Assembly (NCBI GenBank): GCA_016188045.1
Contig: JACPIM010000002.1
Location: 17,198-81,197, forward strand
Direction: 5' to 3'
DNA length: 64,000 nucleotides
DNA from: Candidatus Woesearchaeota archaeon
GTDB lineage: Archaea > Nanobdellota > Nanobdellia > SCGC-AAA011-G17 > JACPIM01
A model generated the notes under the pieces. The model saw only the letters and a program-made list of their open reading frames with translations. It made no database searches and was not told the origin of the DNA. Positions 26,576 to 37,219 of this stretch are shown in pieces. Numbering within the stretch: position 1 is the stretch's first letter; every line of letters starts with the position of its first letter. A program made the translations under genes and the position numbers.

Positions 26576-28099
26576 CTAAGGTTTCTTTTCTAAAGAAAAG
26601 TTATTATAATTAACTTCATAAATTATCAATAATGGTTTGTTATCTTGTGTAAAATAACCTTGTACTGGCTTAAACATATTTTTATGCTCATCTATGTAAG
26701 GCACAATCCATGGCGGTAAATACTCAAAAATAGATACGGTCAAATATCTTGGTTTTTCTTCAAATAAAAATTCTTCAAAATGACTAATATTACTGATAAA
26801 ATCGTGTTCTTTATCTTCTGTATAAGACCAAGTTTCTCTTTGAGAATAATAAAAAGTCTGCGGTAATGAAACTGAAAATATCTTATCACCAGGATTAGAA
26901 TTCTCTTTCATCCATAAAGCAGCATCTTTTACTTGTAGATAAGTATCTTTTTTATTCTTAATTATAGAATCAGCTTGTTTTATTTGTTCATAACTTCCAA
27001 TTACTATTAAGATAATAATTATTCCTAGGGCGATGTATTTATTATGTTTTTTTATAAAATCATATATGATAGAAAATCCATTTCCAACAATTAAAAATAA
27101 AGATAAGGCTATTGGTAAAACCCATCTATCTTCTCCTCCTCTCATTATAAATGCAAAATAAAAAGTAAACATAATGATGAATAATAGATTAAAGGAGTCG
27201 CTTTCTAATGTTTTATTTTCTTTTTTAAATAAAAGATCAAAACCTAAAAAAAGTTTTGTCAATAATACAATCAACCCGATTAAAAAAACAATTAAAAAAA
27301 CAAACCCCAAAAAGAAAGGTACATATCCAAAGATTTCTTTAGAAGATTCAACTAGTGATCTACCAACATCACCCCTGCCGCCAGCCTTTAAAAAAGGAAA
27401 AGTAGTATTAAAAGAAAAATAAGCCCACGTAAAATAGGGAATTAAAATAATTAAGAACAGTAAAACAGAAATCCACAAATCTTTATTTTTTAGAAACTTA
27501 AATCTTTCAGTTATCAATAAAAATAAAAATAATACTAATCCAAAAAGGAAAATAGTATATTTAGTTAAAAAAGCAAAAGCTAAAAACACGCCAAATAACC
27601 AAGTGTAACTTCTTTTCTCTTTTTTTATATATCCTTTCCAGAAAAAGAGAAGACTAAGGTACGTAAAGAATAATAAAGGAACCTCAACATGCAATCTTGT
27701 TGTGTTGAATAAGGCTTCCCAAAAAACCGCCATAATAACACTAGCGATTAAACCTATTTTTTTATTATACATCTCTTTTCCGATTAAATAAGTTAATATT
27801 ACAACACCAATGGAAAATAATATCAAAATAAGTTTAATGGTAATTTCACCTAAACCAAATTTAAAAACTAAAAATTCTAAAAAAGGTAATAATGGTGGTC
27901 TTTGTGGGTTTATATAATAGGGGATATTAGAGGCCCAGTGTAAAGCCATACTAATATAGTCACTCTCGTCATACCACAATGGTTGTGTTTTCGTGAGGAA
28001 AAAATAATAAACCCTGATAATAATTGAACCAAGTAAAACTAACAAGAAACTTAGATTATATTTATCTTTTAGCCATTCTCTTGTTTTTTCTTCATTCAT
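26576..28099 (-). CDS. GT-C membrane glycosyltransferase (ArnT/PMT-like)
   Basis: 507 aa with about 11 TM helices, a WYDESDYISMALHW acidic first-loop motif typical of GT-C lipid-linked sugar transferases, and a C-terminal soluble domain. Confidence 0.65.
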   Translation of the reverse strand: MNEEKTREWLKDKYNLSFLLVLLGSIIIRVYYFFLTKTQPLWYDESDYISMALHWASNIPYYINPQRPPLLPFLEFLVFKFGLGEITIKLILILFSIGVVILTYLIGKEMYNKKIGLIASVIMAVFWEALFNTTRLHVEVPLLFFTYLSLLFFWKGYIKKEKRSYTWLFGVFLAFAFLTKYTIFLFGLVLFLFLLITERFKFLKNKDLWISVLLFLIILIPYFTWAYFSFNTTFPFLKAGGRGDVGRSLVESSKEIFGYVPFFLGFVFLIVFLIGLIVLLTKLFLGFDLLFKKENKTLESDSFNLLFIIMFTFYFAFIMRGGEDRWVLPIALSLFLIVGNGFSIIYDFIKKHNKYIALGIIIILIVIGSYEQIKQADSIIKNKKDTYLQVKDAALWMKENSNPGDKIFSVSLPQTFYYSQRETWSYTEDKEHDFISNISHFEEFLFEEKPRYLTVSIFEYLPPWIVPYIDEHKNMFKPVQGYFTQDNKPLLIIYEVNYNNFSLEKKP

Positions 28100-29007
28100 T
28101 TCGTGCTCTCCACCCTAACCCATATCTCTTTCAAATTCTTTCTCTTTAAATTAATATCTCTAAAAATTAAAAACCACAAATACAATCTATAAAAGATTAA
28201 TTCAACTGTCCATATAAACTCTTTTATATTTCTAGGATATCTAAAAATTCTAAACAACCCCTTTGTTTCTTTACCAAAAGACCTCATTCTTTCTTTTTCT
28301 TTTACAAAATATTTCAACTGGTTATACCCGCCAGCGCTTCTTCTTTTCTGTTTTATCCAATCTTTAAAATTATCAGGATACTTTACATAAACCAAAGCAT
28401 TTTCAGCGTAATCTGTTTTATATCCTTTTTCATATATTAAATGCGAAATCAAGGCATCTTCTGACAAAGCATTTTCAGCAATTTTATTAATCAACCCAAT
28501 TCTAAAAGCATACAAATATCCAGAACAAACAATCATTTTTCCTTCTTTTATTCTTTTTAACCTAGTTTCATGAGCTCCAACATCAGTTAATAAATGGCTA
28601 TAATATCCCCATTTATCCTCTCTTAAATTTAAAGAAATCGGTCTTCCGCTTACAACACCAATTTCAGGATCATTAAACTTCTCTAATATGCAGCCTATAG
28701 CATTCTCACCAATATGAACATCACCATCAGTTAAAACAAAAATGTCTCTTTCTTTATTTGATGGGAAATTATTTTTAATCCAATTAAAGACCTTATTCAA
28801 GGCAGCAGGCTTTCCCTTACCTTCATCTTTAACATATCTTACTCTATTATTTTCTTTTTCATAAATTTTAGCAATTTTCCCTGTTTCTTCATCAGGGGCA
28901 GTTATAATTATCCTAAAATCTTTATTATTTGTTTGTTTTAATATAGCTTCAATAGCTTTTCCAATAGTTCTTTCTTCTCTATAAGCCGTTATTATAATGA
29001 AAATCAT
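28096..29007 (-). CDS. GT2 glycosyltransferase
   Basis: FIIITAYREERTI and VLTDGDVHIG (DxD) motifs. 4-nt overlap with the GT-C gene. Confidence 0.7.
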   Translation of the reverse strand: MIFIIITAYREERTIGKAIEAILKQTNNKDFRIIITAPDEETGKIAKIYEKENNRVRYVKDEGKGKPAALNKVFNWIKNNFPSNKERDIFVLTDGDVHIGENAIGCILEKFNDPEIGVVSGRPISLNLREDKWGYYSHLLTDVGAHETRLKRIKEGKMIVCSGYLYAFRIGLINKIAENALSEDALISHLIYEKGYKTDYAENALVYVKYPDNFKDWIKQKRRSAGGYNQLKYFVKEKERMRSFGKETKGLFRIFRYPRNIKEFIWTVELIFYRLYLWFLIFRDINLKRKNLKEIWVRVESTK

Positions 29008-29129
29008 AATTAGAAGTATAAGGTAAAATTTAATAAGCTTTTCAAATTTGATAGCTCGATTAGCTCTGCCGAACTTACATTTTTCAGTAAATATAAGCTT
29101 AAAAACGGCAAATTTTCATTATCGTATAA

Positions 29130-29861
29130 ATGAAAGGAGTTATTTTGGCCGGAGGGACAGGGGCAAGATTATCGCCCTTGACTAATGTAACAAACAAACA
29201 CCTATTGCCCATTTACAACAAACCCATGATTTATTATCCAATAGAAACACTACAATCAATGGGACTAACAGAGGTCATTATTATTTCAGGTAGAGAACAT
29301 TGTGGACATATATTAAGTTTACTTGGTAGTGGAAAGGGGTTTGGTATGAAGTTTGCTTACGAAATACAAGAAGAAGCAGGCGGTATTGCTCAGGCTCTTG
29401 GTTTATCTGAAGATTTTACAGATAAAGATAATATTGCTGTAATACTCGGAGACAACATTTTTGAGAGGCCATTTGATGTTTCTAGCTTCAATCATGGTGC
29501 TAAAATATTCCTCAAAAGGGTTACAGACCCACAAAGATTTGGTGTAGCAGAAATTAAAGGCGATACAGTAATTGGAATAGAGGAAAAACCAGTCGCACCA
29601 AAGACAGATTATGCAGTTACAGGACTATATTTATATGACCAAACGGTTTTTAGTATTATAAAATCACTCAAACCATCTAAAAGAAAGGAACTAGAAATAA
29701 CAGACGTAAACAACGCATATGTTACTAGAGGAGAAATGCAGTTTGATTTCGTAGACGGATACTGGACAGATGCAGGAACATTTGAAAGTTTATTAAGAGC
29801 AAATATGCTGGCGGCAGGACAAACCTTAGAGAAAATCTTAAGGGATTTACAAAGACCCTAA
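29130..29861 (+). CDS. sugar-1-phosphate nucleotidyltransferase (glucose-1-phosphate thymidylyltransferase RmlA-like, short form)
   Basis: MKGVILAGGTGARLSPLTNVTNKHLLPIYNKPMIYYPIE is the canonical G-x-G-T-R-L NTP-transferase N-terminus. 243 aa. Confidence 0.8.
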   Translation: MKGVILAGGTGARLSPLTNVTNKHLLPIYNKPMIYYPIETLQSMGLTEVIIISGREHCGHILSLLGSGKGFGMKFAYEIQEEAGGIAQALGLSEDFTDKDNIAVILGDNIFERPFDVSSFNHGAKIFLKRVTDPQRFGVAEIKGDTVIGIEEKPVAPKTDYAVTGLYLYDQTVFSIIKSLKPSKRKELEITDVNNAYVTRGEMQFDFVDGYWTDAGTFESLLRANMLAAGQTLEKILRDLQRP

Positions 29862-30874
29862 TTTAAAACCCTAACAATTTCTTTCCTGGCAGTAAATAAC
29901 TTTGCAGAGCCAAAATAAAGTTTTCTATATAGCTCAAAATCAGAAACTTTTCTTATTTTTCTAATCTGCGCTCTTTTTTTTAGGATTTTATCTAAATTCT
30001 TAATATTCCATAACCAAGCTTTAATATATGCTAATGAAACCAAAGGTTTTCCTTGTGCTAAAAAGAAAATCATTTCAGCTAAACTAGAACAGAAATAAAA
30101 AGGCAAATTTAACATCAAAGTATAAACTTGAAAATTCTTTAACATGTTATGAAATAAATTTTTTTCCGTCCAGTATCTCTTTCTTATAACATTATAAGTT
30201 AGTTTTTCTTTTTCATTCCCAACTTTAGCTCCGCCTTTATGATAAAAATCCGCATCTTTTACAAGTTTAAATTTATAGCCTGCTATTTGTGCTCTCCAGC
30301 AAAAATCTAAATCTTCAGCGAACATAAAAATATCCCTATCAAATAAACCAATTTCTTCAATTACTTTTCTTCTGATAAATAAAGAAGAGCCAGAAAAATA
30401 AAATATTTTTTCATCTTTTATGTTTTCTGAGTCAATCTTATGGTGCATAGGATAAGGATAGCCTAAAAAATCTATAGACATACCTAAAAGCTGTATTGTT
30501 TTCCTGTCTTCTTTATTATATTCTACAGGGGCAAATATGCTGATTTCTTTATTTTTTTCAGCAGCTTCAACTAATTTTTTAAAACAATCTTTTCCAACTT
30601 CAACATCACTATCGCAGGTAAAAATAAAATCACCTTTACTGTGTTTATAACCAAGATTTATTCCATTACCCCAACCAAGATTAGCACCTGCCTGTACAGT
30701 CTTAACATTTTTAATTTTAGAAATTTCCTCAAAGCTTCCATCTTCAGAATTCATGTCAACAAAAATTACTTCAATATTTTTATAAGAACTATTCAAAAAA
30801 GAAGTTATAGCTCTGATAGTATCTTCTTTTCCATTCCAGTTGTTTATTATTACAGATATTAAAGGATTATTCAT
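29858..30874 (-). CDS. GT2 glycosyltransferase
   Basis: ISVIINNWNGKEDT and FTCDSDVEV motifs. Confidence 0.8.
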   Translation of the reverse strand: MNNPLISVIINNWNGKEDTIRAITSFLNSSYKNIEVIFVDMNSEDGSFEEISKIKNVKTVQAGANLGWGNGINLGYKHSKGDFIFTCDSDVEVGKDCFKKLVEAAEKNKEISIFAPVEYNKEDRKTIQLLGMSIDFLGYPYPMHHKIDSENIKDEKIFYFSGSSLFIRRKVIEEIGLFDRDIFMFAEDLDFCWRAQIAGYKFKLVKDADFYHKGGAKVGNEKEKLTYNVIRKRYWTEKNLFHNMLKNFQVYTLMLNLPFYFCSSLAEMIFFLAQGKPLVSLAYIKAWLWNIKNLDKILKKRAQIRKIRKVSDFELYRKLYFGSAKLFTARKEIVRVLN

Positions 30875-30877
30875 TTA

Positions 30878-31933
30878 CTATAATCTCAATAGTGCGTCCA
30901 TATTGTACAAAAGTTTGGCATTTGGATCCAAATAAGAAACTCTTCTAACAAGACCACTATCTATCACTCTGTTTTTTAAATCCCCCTCCGCAGAGTCCGT
31001 AGATCTAAATCTTGTATAATTTAATACACTACCAATTCCCTCTCCAAACTGTTGATAAGGTTTTCCAATAGTTTCTTTAGGACCAGAAATAAAAAGACCG
31101 TCTTCAAAAGCAATAGGTACAAAAGGATTTAATACCCCGGTATACCTCCCAGATATAAAGTGCTTCCATGGCTCAAATGGAACATAGATTAAATGATCAT
31201 GCTCTATCCTTCTACCATTTCTTTTAAGTTTTCTATTTAATCTCTGAAATGCCCTTTCAACTTCTTCACTAGTGTGATTTAGTTTAACATAAGTTACTAT
31301 AGCTACACTTCTAGTTTCAACACCACCAACAAAACCAAGATATTGTTTTCTTAAGCTGCTCGTGTTGATACCAATTTCCTCTCTAATCTCTTTATCAGTT
31401 GATCTATCAAAAAAATCTTCGCTAACAGGTCCTTTATTAGGATCAGTATCTTTTCTATAATCTGTAAACCCTGCAGGAGGCAAATACATACCGCCAAAGT
31501 CTTCACTACCGCCAGATCTGTAGCCAAAAACTAATTTTCCGTCTGAAGTTTCAACAACAGCTACAACATTTCCAGTTCTAATAAGTCTTGTTCTTAAATC
31601 AGATCCAGTATCTCTTGTAGTTAAAGTTTGTTCTAATGTTTTATGGATGCTATACAAAGTATCTCTCATATACATAACCCTATTTCCATTTCTATCTATT
31701 GTTAAACAATCAAAAAATAAGTTAACACCATCATAATAAACAGGATGTTCTGCAATTTGTTTTCTCCTTTCCAAAAGCCGTTTTCTGTATTCTTCATCAT
31801 TCCATAATCCAAAAGATTGTTCTTCTTCACTTGGGAAAGAGTTGGAATGTATTACTCTAAGATTAACATTTTCTCCTTGACCTACTGAATCAAAAATAAT
31901 CACTTCTTCAATTCTTTGTCTTTGTTCTATCAT
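30878..31933 (-). CDS. hypothetical protein, possibly divergent Nudix-fold (start moved to the internal Met MIEQRQR)
   Basis: GC-richer than its surroundings. KEIREEIGI preceded by GGMYLPPAG resembles a degenerate Nudix box. The table start at 31987 would overlap the DUF218 gene by 53 nt; the Met at 31933 removes that overlap. Confidence 0.4.
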   Translation of the reverse strand: MIEQRQRIEEVIIFDSVGQGENVNLRVIHSNSFPSEEEQSFGLWNDEEYRKRLLERRKQIAEHPVYYDGVNLFFDCLTIDRNGNRVMYMRDTLYSIHKTLEQTLTTRDTGSDLRTRLIRTGNVVAVVETSDGKLVFGYRSGGSEDFGGMYLPPAGFTDYRKDTDPNKGPVSEDFFDRSTDKEIREEIGINTSSLRKQYLGFVGGVETRSVAIVTYVKLNHTSEEVERAFQRLNRKLKRNGRRIEHDHLIYVPFEPWKHFISGRYTGVLNPFVPIAFEDGLFISGPKETIGKPYQQFGEGIGSVLNYTRFRSTDSAEGDLKNRVIDSGLVRRVSYLDPNAKLLYNMDALLRL

Positions 31934-31934
31934 A

Positions 31935-32516
31935 TTAATTACCCACAAATTCTTCTCTTTTTCCAATATACAACGGATGTCTTTCAAATAACCTTTCTTT
32001 TATTGCTTCTAGATTTCCTCTTTCCACTCCTTCAAAAGTTTTTAAAAAAGCACAAAGGCTTTTTTCTTGAGCTGATCTTATTTCAGTATTTTTAATTAAG
32101 TCAGTTGCAACAGAAGCATATAACTTTCTAATTTCATCTCCATAAACAAAATCAAATATAGTGGCAACTCTAGTTAGATGATAGTCAGATGTAACAACGA
32201 TTACCCCCTGAATGCTATTAGGCAGAATAATATCTCTCAGAGTAAATACCGCTTGGCCGACAGTATCAACAGAATTAGGTTCTACAAAAATATGGCCTAT
32301 TGGAACTCCGTTTTTTAAAGCATAATCTCTCATATCTTCTCCTTGACTGGTTTTTAGGTGTTCATCTCCTCTGCCGTGATTTCCACTCATAGTTAAACTT
32401 GAAACCAACCCAGAAAAATATTCATTAATTCCATAATCAAGTCTATCTCTAAACTCTTTTCCCAAAGACCCATCATGTTCCCTATTTCTTGATAATATTA
32501 CTGCTGTATCATACAT
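31935..32516 (-). CDS. DUF218 (YdcF/ElyC/SanA-like) domain protein
   Basis: GVIVVTSDYHLTRV motif of DUF218. Start placed at MYDTAVILSRN; the table ORF extends to 32567. Confidence 0.55.
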   Translation of the reverse strand: MYDTAVILSRNREHDGSLGKEFRDRLDYGINEYFSGLVSSLTMSGNHGRGDEHLKTSQGEDMRDYALKNGVPIGHIFVEPNSVDTVGQAVFTLRDIILPNSIQGVIVVTSDYHLTRVATIFDFVYGDEIRKLYASVATDLIKNTEIRSAQEKSLCAFLKTFEGVERGNLEAIKERLFERHPLYIGKREEFVGN

Positions 32517-32605
32517 ATTATTTCCCCACAAAACCACCCATAAATTCCATTTATAAACCTTTTCCAATAACTTTTTAAATTACCCAATAAAGTTTTTTAA
32601 ACACT

Positions 32606-33352
32606 ATGGGCTTTAAATCATGGTTTTACAACAATTATAAGTATTTGAATTATCCATTATCCTTTTATTTTATATCAAAGAGACTAACAAGACCAATAAA
32701 GGGGTTTATAGAATTATCAAAAATATTCTTGTTTAAATCTAATTTAATGAAATATGATATGAACGAAAGAATAATAGAAAGGCCCTTTGCTATCAATCAT
32801 CTACCAAATGTAAAATCTAGAGTATTAGAAATAGGGTGTGCAGATAGTATTTTACCATTAGAAATGGCTTCTTTAGGTCATTCTGTTACCGGTTTAGACA
32901 TAAAAAAATATCCATTTACTCACCCAAATTTTACTCTCCAAAGAGGGGATATAACAAAAATACCAATTCCAAAAAATTATTATGACGTAGTTACTTGTAT
33001 TTCAACTTTAGAGCACATAGGTTTGGAATATGCCTTGGATGAAAAACCAAAAGAAAAAGACAATAGAAAAGATAAGGAATGTATAAAAATAATCTTTGAT
33101 TGTTTAAAAGATGACGGCAAATTAATATTAACAACACCATTTGGGAAAAGCCAGGTTAAACCAGAAGGACGCGTCTATAGCCAGGAAGACGTAGAAGATT
33201 TATTCAAAAATTTTGTTATAGAAGAACAAAAATATTATGTAAAAGAAGGTAAAAACTGGATTAAAAAAGAAAAACATGAAGTTATTAAAGAAGGAGTAAC
33301 TTTGATAGTTGCAACAAAAAGGCCAAGAATCATAGTGCCTTCCTTAGACTAA
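32606..33352 (+). CDS. class I SAM-dependent methyltransferase
   Basis: VLEIGCADSILPL (motif I) and VVTCISTLEHIG. Confidence 0.7.
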   Translation: MGFKSWFYNNYKYLNYPLSFYFISKRLTRPIKGFIELSKIFLFKSNLMKYDMNERIIERPFAINHLPNVKSRVLEIGCADSILPLEMASLGHSVTGLDIKKYPFTHPNFTLQRGDITKIPIPKNYYDVVTCISTLEHIGLEYALDEKPKEKDNRKDKECIKIIFDCLKDDGKLILTTPFGKSQVKPEGRVYSQEDVEDLFKNFVIEEQKYYVKEGKNWIKKEKHEVIKEGVTLIVATKRPRIIVPSLD

Positions 33353-33405
33353 TTTTTAAGCCTTTCCCAATATCTTTATAAACCTTGAACCTATAGCCCA
33401 AAAGC

Positions 33406-34467
33406 ATGTTCAATAACTCTACAATATTTATAACCGGGGGTACGGGCTCTTGGGGCCAGGAACTAGTTAAACAGCTACTTGAAAAATATAATGCAAAAGA
33501 GATTAGGATTTTTAGTAGAGGAGAAAATAAACAAGTCTTAATGCAAAGACAATACGAAAATAATAAGATCTTAAAATTTATTATAGGAGACGTTAGAGAT
33601 AAATACAGATTAGATCACGCCTTAAAAAATGTTGATTACGTAGTTCATCTTGCAGCTTTAAAACACGTTCCTGTTTGTGAAGATCATCCAATAGAAGCAG
33701 TTCACACAAATGTTCTTGGAACACAAAATCTTATTGAAGCGTGCATAAACAATAATATAAAAAAAGTAATATTGGTCTCGTCAGATAAAGCTTGTGAACC
33801 ATTTAATCTATATGGCATAACAAAGGCCTGTGCAGAAAAATTGATTCTAGCATCGAATAAAGTTAATCACAACACAAGTTTCTCCTGTATACGTGGTGGT
33901 AATGTCATAGGCTCTAGCGAATCAGTCATACCATTATTCAGAAGACAAGTTATTGAAAACAACGAAATTACAATAACAGACACAAGAATGACAAGATTTA
34001 TTTTTACACTATCAGATGCCGTTTCATTAATATTCAAGGCATTTGAAAAATCAAAAGGCGGTGAATTATTCGTAATGAAGATGCCAGGAATGAAATTAAT
34101 GGATTTAGCTCAGGCAATGATAGACGAGCTTGGAAATAAAGATACAAAAACAAAAATAATAGGAATTAGACCAGGTGAAAAAATCCATGAAGTATTATTA
34201 TCAAAACATGAAAAAGATAATATTATAGATGATGAGCACTATTTTATAATTTTGCCAAAAAATAAAAAACCAGAAATTGAGGAGTATTATAAAAATTACA
34301 AAAAAACAAGCTTACCCGATGAATTTAGCTCATTAAACACAAGAATGTTAAACAAAGAAGAAATAAAAATCTTATTAAGAAAAGGAGGATGGTTGGATAA
34401 ACCTTTAGCCAAAGGAGAAGATACAGTTAAACATTTAGGACCGCAAGAATTTAGGGCACCTTTGTAA
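33406..34467 (+). CDS. UDP-N-acetylglucosamine 4,6-dehydratase (PseB/CapD/FlaA1 family extended SDR)
   Basis: IFITGGTGSWGQELVKQLL (the NAD-binding glycine motif: G-G-x-G-S-x-G), YGITKACAEKL (YxxxK) and overall PseB-like length and order. Confidence 0.8.
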   Translation: MFNNSTIFITGGTGSWGQELVKQLLEKYNAKEIRIFSRGENKQVLMQRQYENNKILKFIIGDVRDKYRLDHALKNVDYVVHLAALKHVPVCEDHPIEAVHTNVLGTQNLIEACINNNIKKVILVSSDKACEPFNLYGITKACAEKLILASNKVNHNTSFSCIRGGNVIGSSESVIPLFRRQVIENNEITITDTRMTRFIFTLSDAVSLIFKAFEKSKGGELFVMKMPGMKLMDLAQAMIDELGNKDTKTKIIGIRPGEKIHEVLLSKHEKDNIIDDEHYFIILPKNKKPEIEEYYKNYKKTSLPDEFSSLNTRMLNKEEIKILLRKGGWLDKPLAKGEDTVKHLGPQEFRAPL

Positions 34468-34468
34468 A

Positions 34469-35212
34469 ATGAATGAAAAAATATTGCTTCTGGGTTCAAA
34501 TGGAAGATTAGCCTTTTTTATAAGAAAAATTCACCCCGAAGTTCTGGGATATGATAAAGATAGAGTAGATATTTCTGACAAAGAACAAATCACAAATTTA
34601 ATAGAAAAAGAAAACCCTTTTTTGATAATAAATTGCGCCGCATTAACAGATTTGGAATATTGCGAAGATAATCCGGAAGAATGTTGGAAAGTTAATGCCC
34701 TAGCAGTAAAGTATATTGCTGAAGCAGCCAAAAAAATAAATTCAAAATTAATCCATTTTTCATCAAATGCAGCAACAAATCCAGTAAATGAATATGGTAA
34801 AGCTAAATTAGCAAGCGAATCTTTTGTAAAAGAGAAAGGTTTAGTAATTAGAACCGATATATATGATGCAAAGACCTTCATAATAAACAAATTACTATTC
34901 ACAGAAGAAAAGATTAATGCCTATAATGATGTATTTTTTAATCCGATATATATGGGGACAATGGCAGAATTAATCTTCAAATTAAAAGATAAAACCGGAA
35001 TTTTAAATATAGTAACTAAAGAAAAAATAAGTTTTTACGAATTCGCTTTAAAGATTTGTGAAATTTTTGACATTGACCAATCAAGAGTTATTCCTGTAAA
35101 ATATAATGAAAACCAAAAAGTTAAAAGACAAAAAGAGTTATATTTAAAACCAGATATAAACATTTCAATAGATGAAGATTTAAGGAGATTTAAAGATGAT
35201 TTTAAAAGATAA
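34469..35212 (+). CDS. RmlD-like NAD(P)-dependent sugar reductase/epimerase (short SDR)
   Basis: ILLLGSNGRLA glycine motif, YGKAKLASE (YxxxK) and the RmlD substrate-binding region. Confidence 0.5.
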   Translation: MNEKILLLGSNGRLAFFIRKIHPEVLGYDKDRVDISDKEQITNLIEKENPFLIINCAALTDLEYCEDNPEECWKVNALAVKYIAEAAKKINSKLIHFSSNAATNPVNEYGKAKLASESFVKEKGLVIRTDIYDAKTFIINKLLFTEEKINAYNDVFFNPIYMGTMAELIFKLKDKTGILNIVTKEKISFYEFALKICEIFDIDQSRVIPVKYNENQKVKRQKELYLKPDINISIDEDLRRFKDDFKR

Positions 35213-35882
35213 AAAAATACTGATAATATCACCGCATCCAGATGATGAAATAATTTGTTGTGGTGGTTTAATAGAAAAAGCCAAACGAGAAGGAGCAGAG
35301 GTTTTCGTTTTCTATATTTGTTTTGGCAAATTCAGACAACTAGTTACTGGGAGCACAGATCCGGAAACAAGACTAAAAGAAACAGAACAAGTTGCTCAAG
35401 CAGGAAATTTTAAATATAAAATTTTATTTAAAGGAGATGGAAATGAATGGCTAAGGTTGGATACAATAGCACAAGTAGAGCTAATCAACCCAATAGAGGA
35501 CGTAATAGAGGAGATTAAACCAGATATTGTATGTATTCCTCCAGGCAATAGTTACGACCAAGACCACAGGGCAGTTCATAAAGCCTGTATTACAGCATTA
35601 AGGCCAATACCCCAAAATATAAGGCATTTTGTTCCAATAGTTTTAATGTACGAAGAGCCATATAGTTGGGTAGTTGGTGATTTAGAAAAGAAGAATTTTT
35701 ACGTTGATACCTCAGAATTTGAGGAAAAAAAAGCAGAGCTTATGAAATTACATGCCTCTCAAAACAGAGAAGATCCCTTTCCAAGATCAGGAGAAAATTT
35801 GATTAGACATATGAGGATAAGGGGCCCAGAGATAGGAGTCAGATCTGCCGAAGCTTACACATTATTAAGAGGAGTATTTTAA
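35196..35882 (+). CDS. PIG-L/LmbE family N-acetylglucosaminyl deacetylase
   Basis: ILIISPHPDDEIICCGG, the diagnostic HPDDE motif. Confidence 0.8.
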   Translation: MILKDKKILIISPHPDDEIICCGGLIEKAKREGAEVFVFYICFGKFRQLVTGSTDPETRLKETEQVAQAGNFKYKILFKGDGNEWLRLDTIAQVELINPIEDVIEEIKPDIVCIPPGNSYDQDHRAVHKACITALRPIPQNIRHFVPIVLMYEEPYSWVVGDLEKKNFYVDTSEFEEKKAELMKLHASQNREDPFPRSGENLIRHMRIRGPEIGVRSAEAYTLLRGVF

Positions 35883-37142
35883 TTAAGGTAAAATTTCAAT
35901 TTTCGGTAGTGGCATAATAAATTTACCACCCTTCTCAATAAAATCTTTCTCTTTGCTTAATATTTCGTCTTTGTAAGTATATGCTAGGATCAAGGCACAA
36001 TCTGGATATTTTTCTTTCATCTTATCAGGGTGGAATATCTCAATATGTTTACCAGGTATTACTCTGCCATATCTCTCAGGTGATACATCAACAACATAAT
36101 CTAATATTTCTTTTCCGATATCACAATAGTTTAATAAGATAATGCTACTTCCGGGAGCCCCATATCCAATAATCCTTTTGCCTTGTTTTTTTAAGTTCCT
36201 CAATAAACCAATTAACTCAATTTTATTTTTATTTATCAAATCACCAAAAGTTATATAGCTCTTTTCGTCAAGTATTCCTGTTTTATTTTCTAATTCTAAT
36301 AATTCTTTTACTTTTTTACTTATACTTTCATTTTTTCCTTTATTTCTTACAAATACCCTAATAGACCCAGAATGTATAGGTATCCTATCAACATCAAATA
36401 TTTCAATTCCAAATCGGTTCATTAAATGTGATAAGGCATGTAATGAATAGTAGCATAGATGTTCATGATACATAGTGTCATATTTTGTATTTTCTAAAAG
36501 GTCTATTATATACTGAACTTCAAAAATATAAACGCCATCTTCTTTAAGCAAAATCTTTATCCCATCCATAACTTCATCTAAATTATCTATGTGTGCAAAA
36601 ACATTATTTGCAATAATTAAATCCGCTTTTCCATATTTATTGACAATTTCTTTTGCTACTTTTTTTGTAAAATAATCCATTATTATGTTTAATCCTTTGG
36701 ATCTAGCAATTTTAGAAACATTTTCAGAAGGATCAACACCAATAGCACTAATTCTTAAGTCACTAAGTGGTTTTAATAAAACCCCATCATTAGATCCAAT
36801 TTCAACAACAAAACCATCTTTATTTTTCAAAAATCTCTCTTTATAATAAGTTGCTGCTTTTCTAAAATGTTCAGAAAGAGTTTTAGTCGAAGATGATAAG
36901 TATCTATAATCTTTAAATAACATATCTGGAGGTATGACATCTAAAACCTGAACTAATGAACATTTTTTGCAAAAATAAACATTTAAAGGATATTTTTTTT
37001 CACTAGGAATATCTTCTTTTTTCAAAAATCCTCCTGCTAAGGGCATATTTCCAAGACTGAGAAATTTAACTACAGAATTACTTTTACAAATTCTACAAGT
37101 CTTTATTTTTTTCATAGCCGCAGTATTTTCTAAAATTATCAA
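35883..37142 (-). CDS. NDP-hexose C-methyltransferase (TylC3/NovU-like: zinc-binding N-domain + class I MTase + C-methyltransferase C-domain)
   Basis: N-terminal CRICKS..CKKCSLVQ zinc ribbon, VVEIGSNDG motif I and a C-terminal C-MTase-like domain. The true start is possibly the internal MKKIKTCRIC at about 37115. Confidence 0.65.
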   Translation of the reverse strand: MIILENTAAMKKIKTCRICKSNSVVKFLSLGNMPLAGGFLKKEDIPSEKKYPLNVYFCKKCSLVQVLDVIPPDMLFKDYRYLSSSTKTLSEHFRKAATYYKERFLKNKDGFVVEIGSNDGVLLKPLSDLRISAIGVDPSENVSKIARSKGLNIIMDYFTKKVAKEIVNKYGKADLIIANNVFAHIDNLDEVMDGIKILLKEDGVYIFEVQYIIDLLENTKYDTMYHEHLCYYSLHALSHLMNRFGIEIFDVDRIPIHSGSIRVFVRNKGKNESISKKVKELLELENKTGILDEKSYITFGDLINKNKIELIGLLRNLKKQGKRIIGYGAPGSSIILLNYCDIGKEILDYVVDVSPERYGRVIPGKHIEIFHPDKMKEKYPDCALILAYTYKDEILSKEKDFIEKGGKFIMPLPKIEILP

Positions 37143-37219
37143 TATTAATAAATATTATCAATAATGTTTAATTTTTAAAGAAAAGGTTTATAAATATTAT
37201 GTAGCATAAATCTTCTGTA

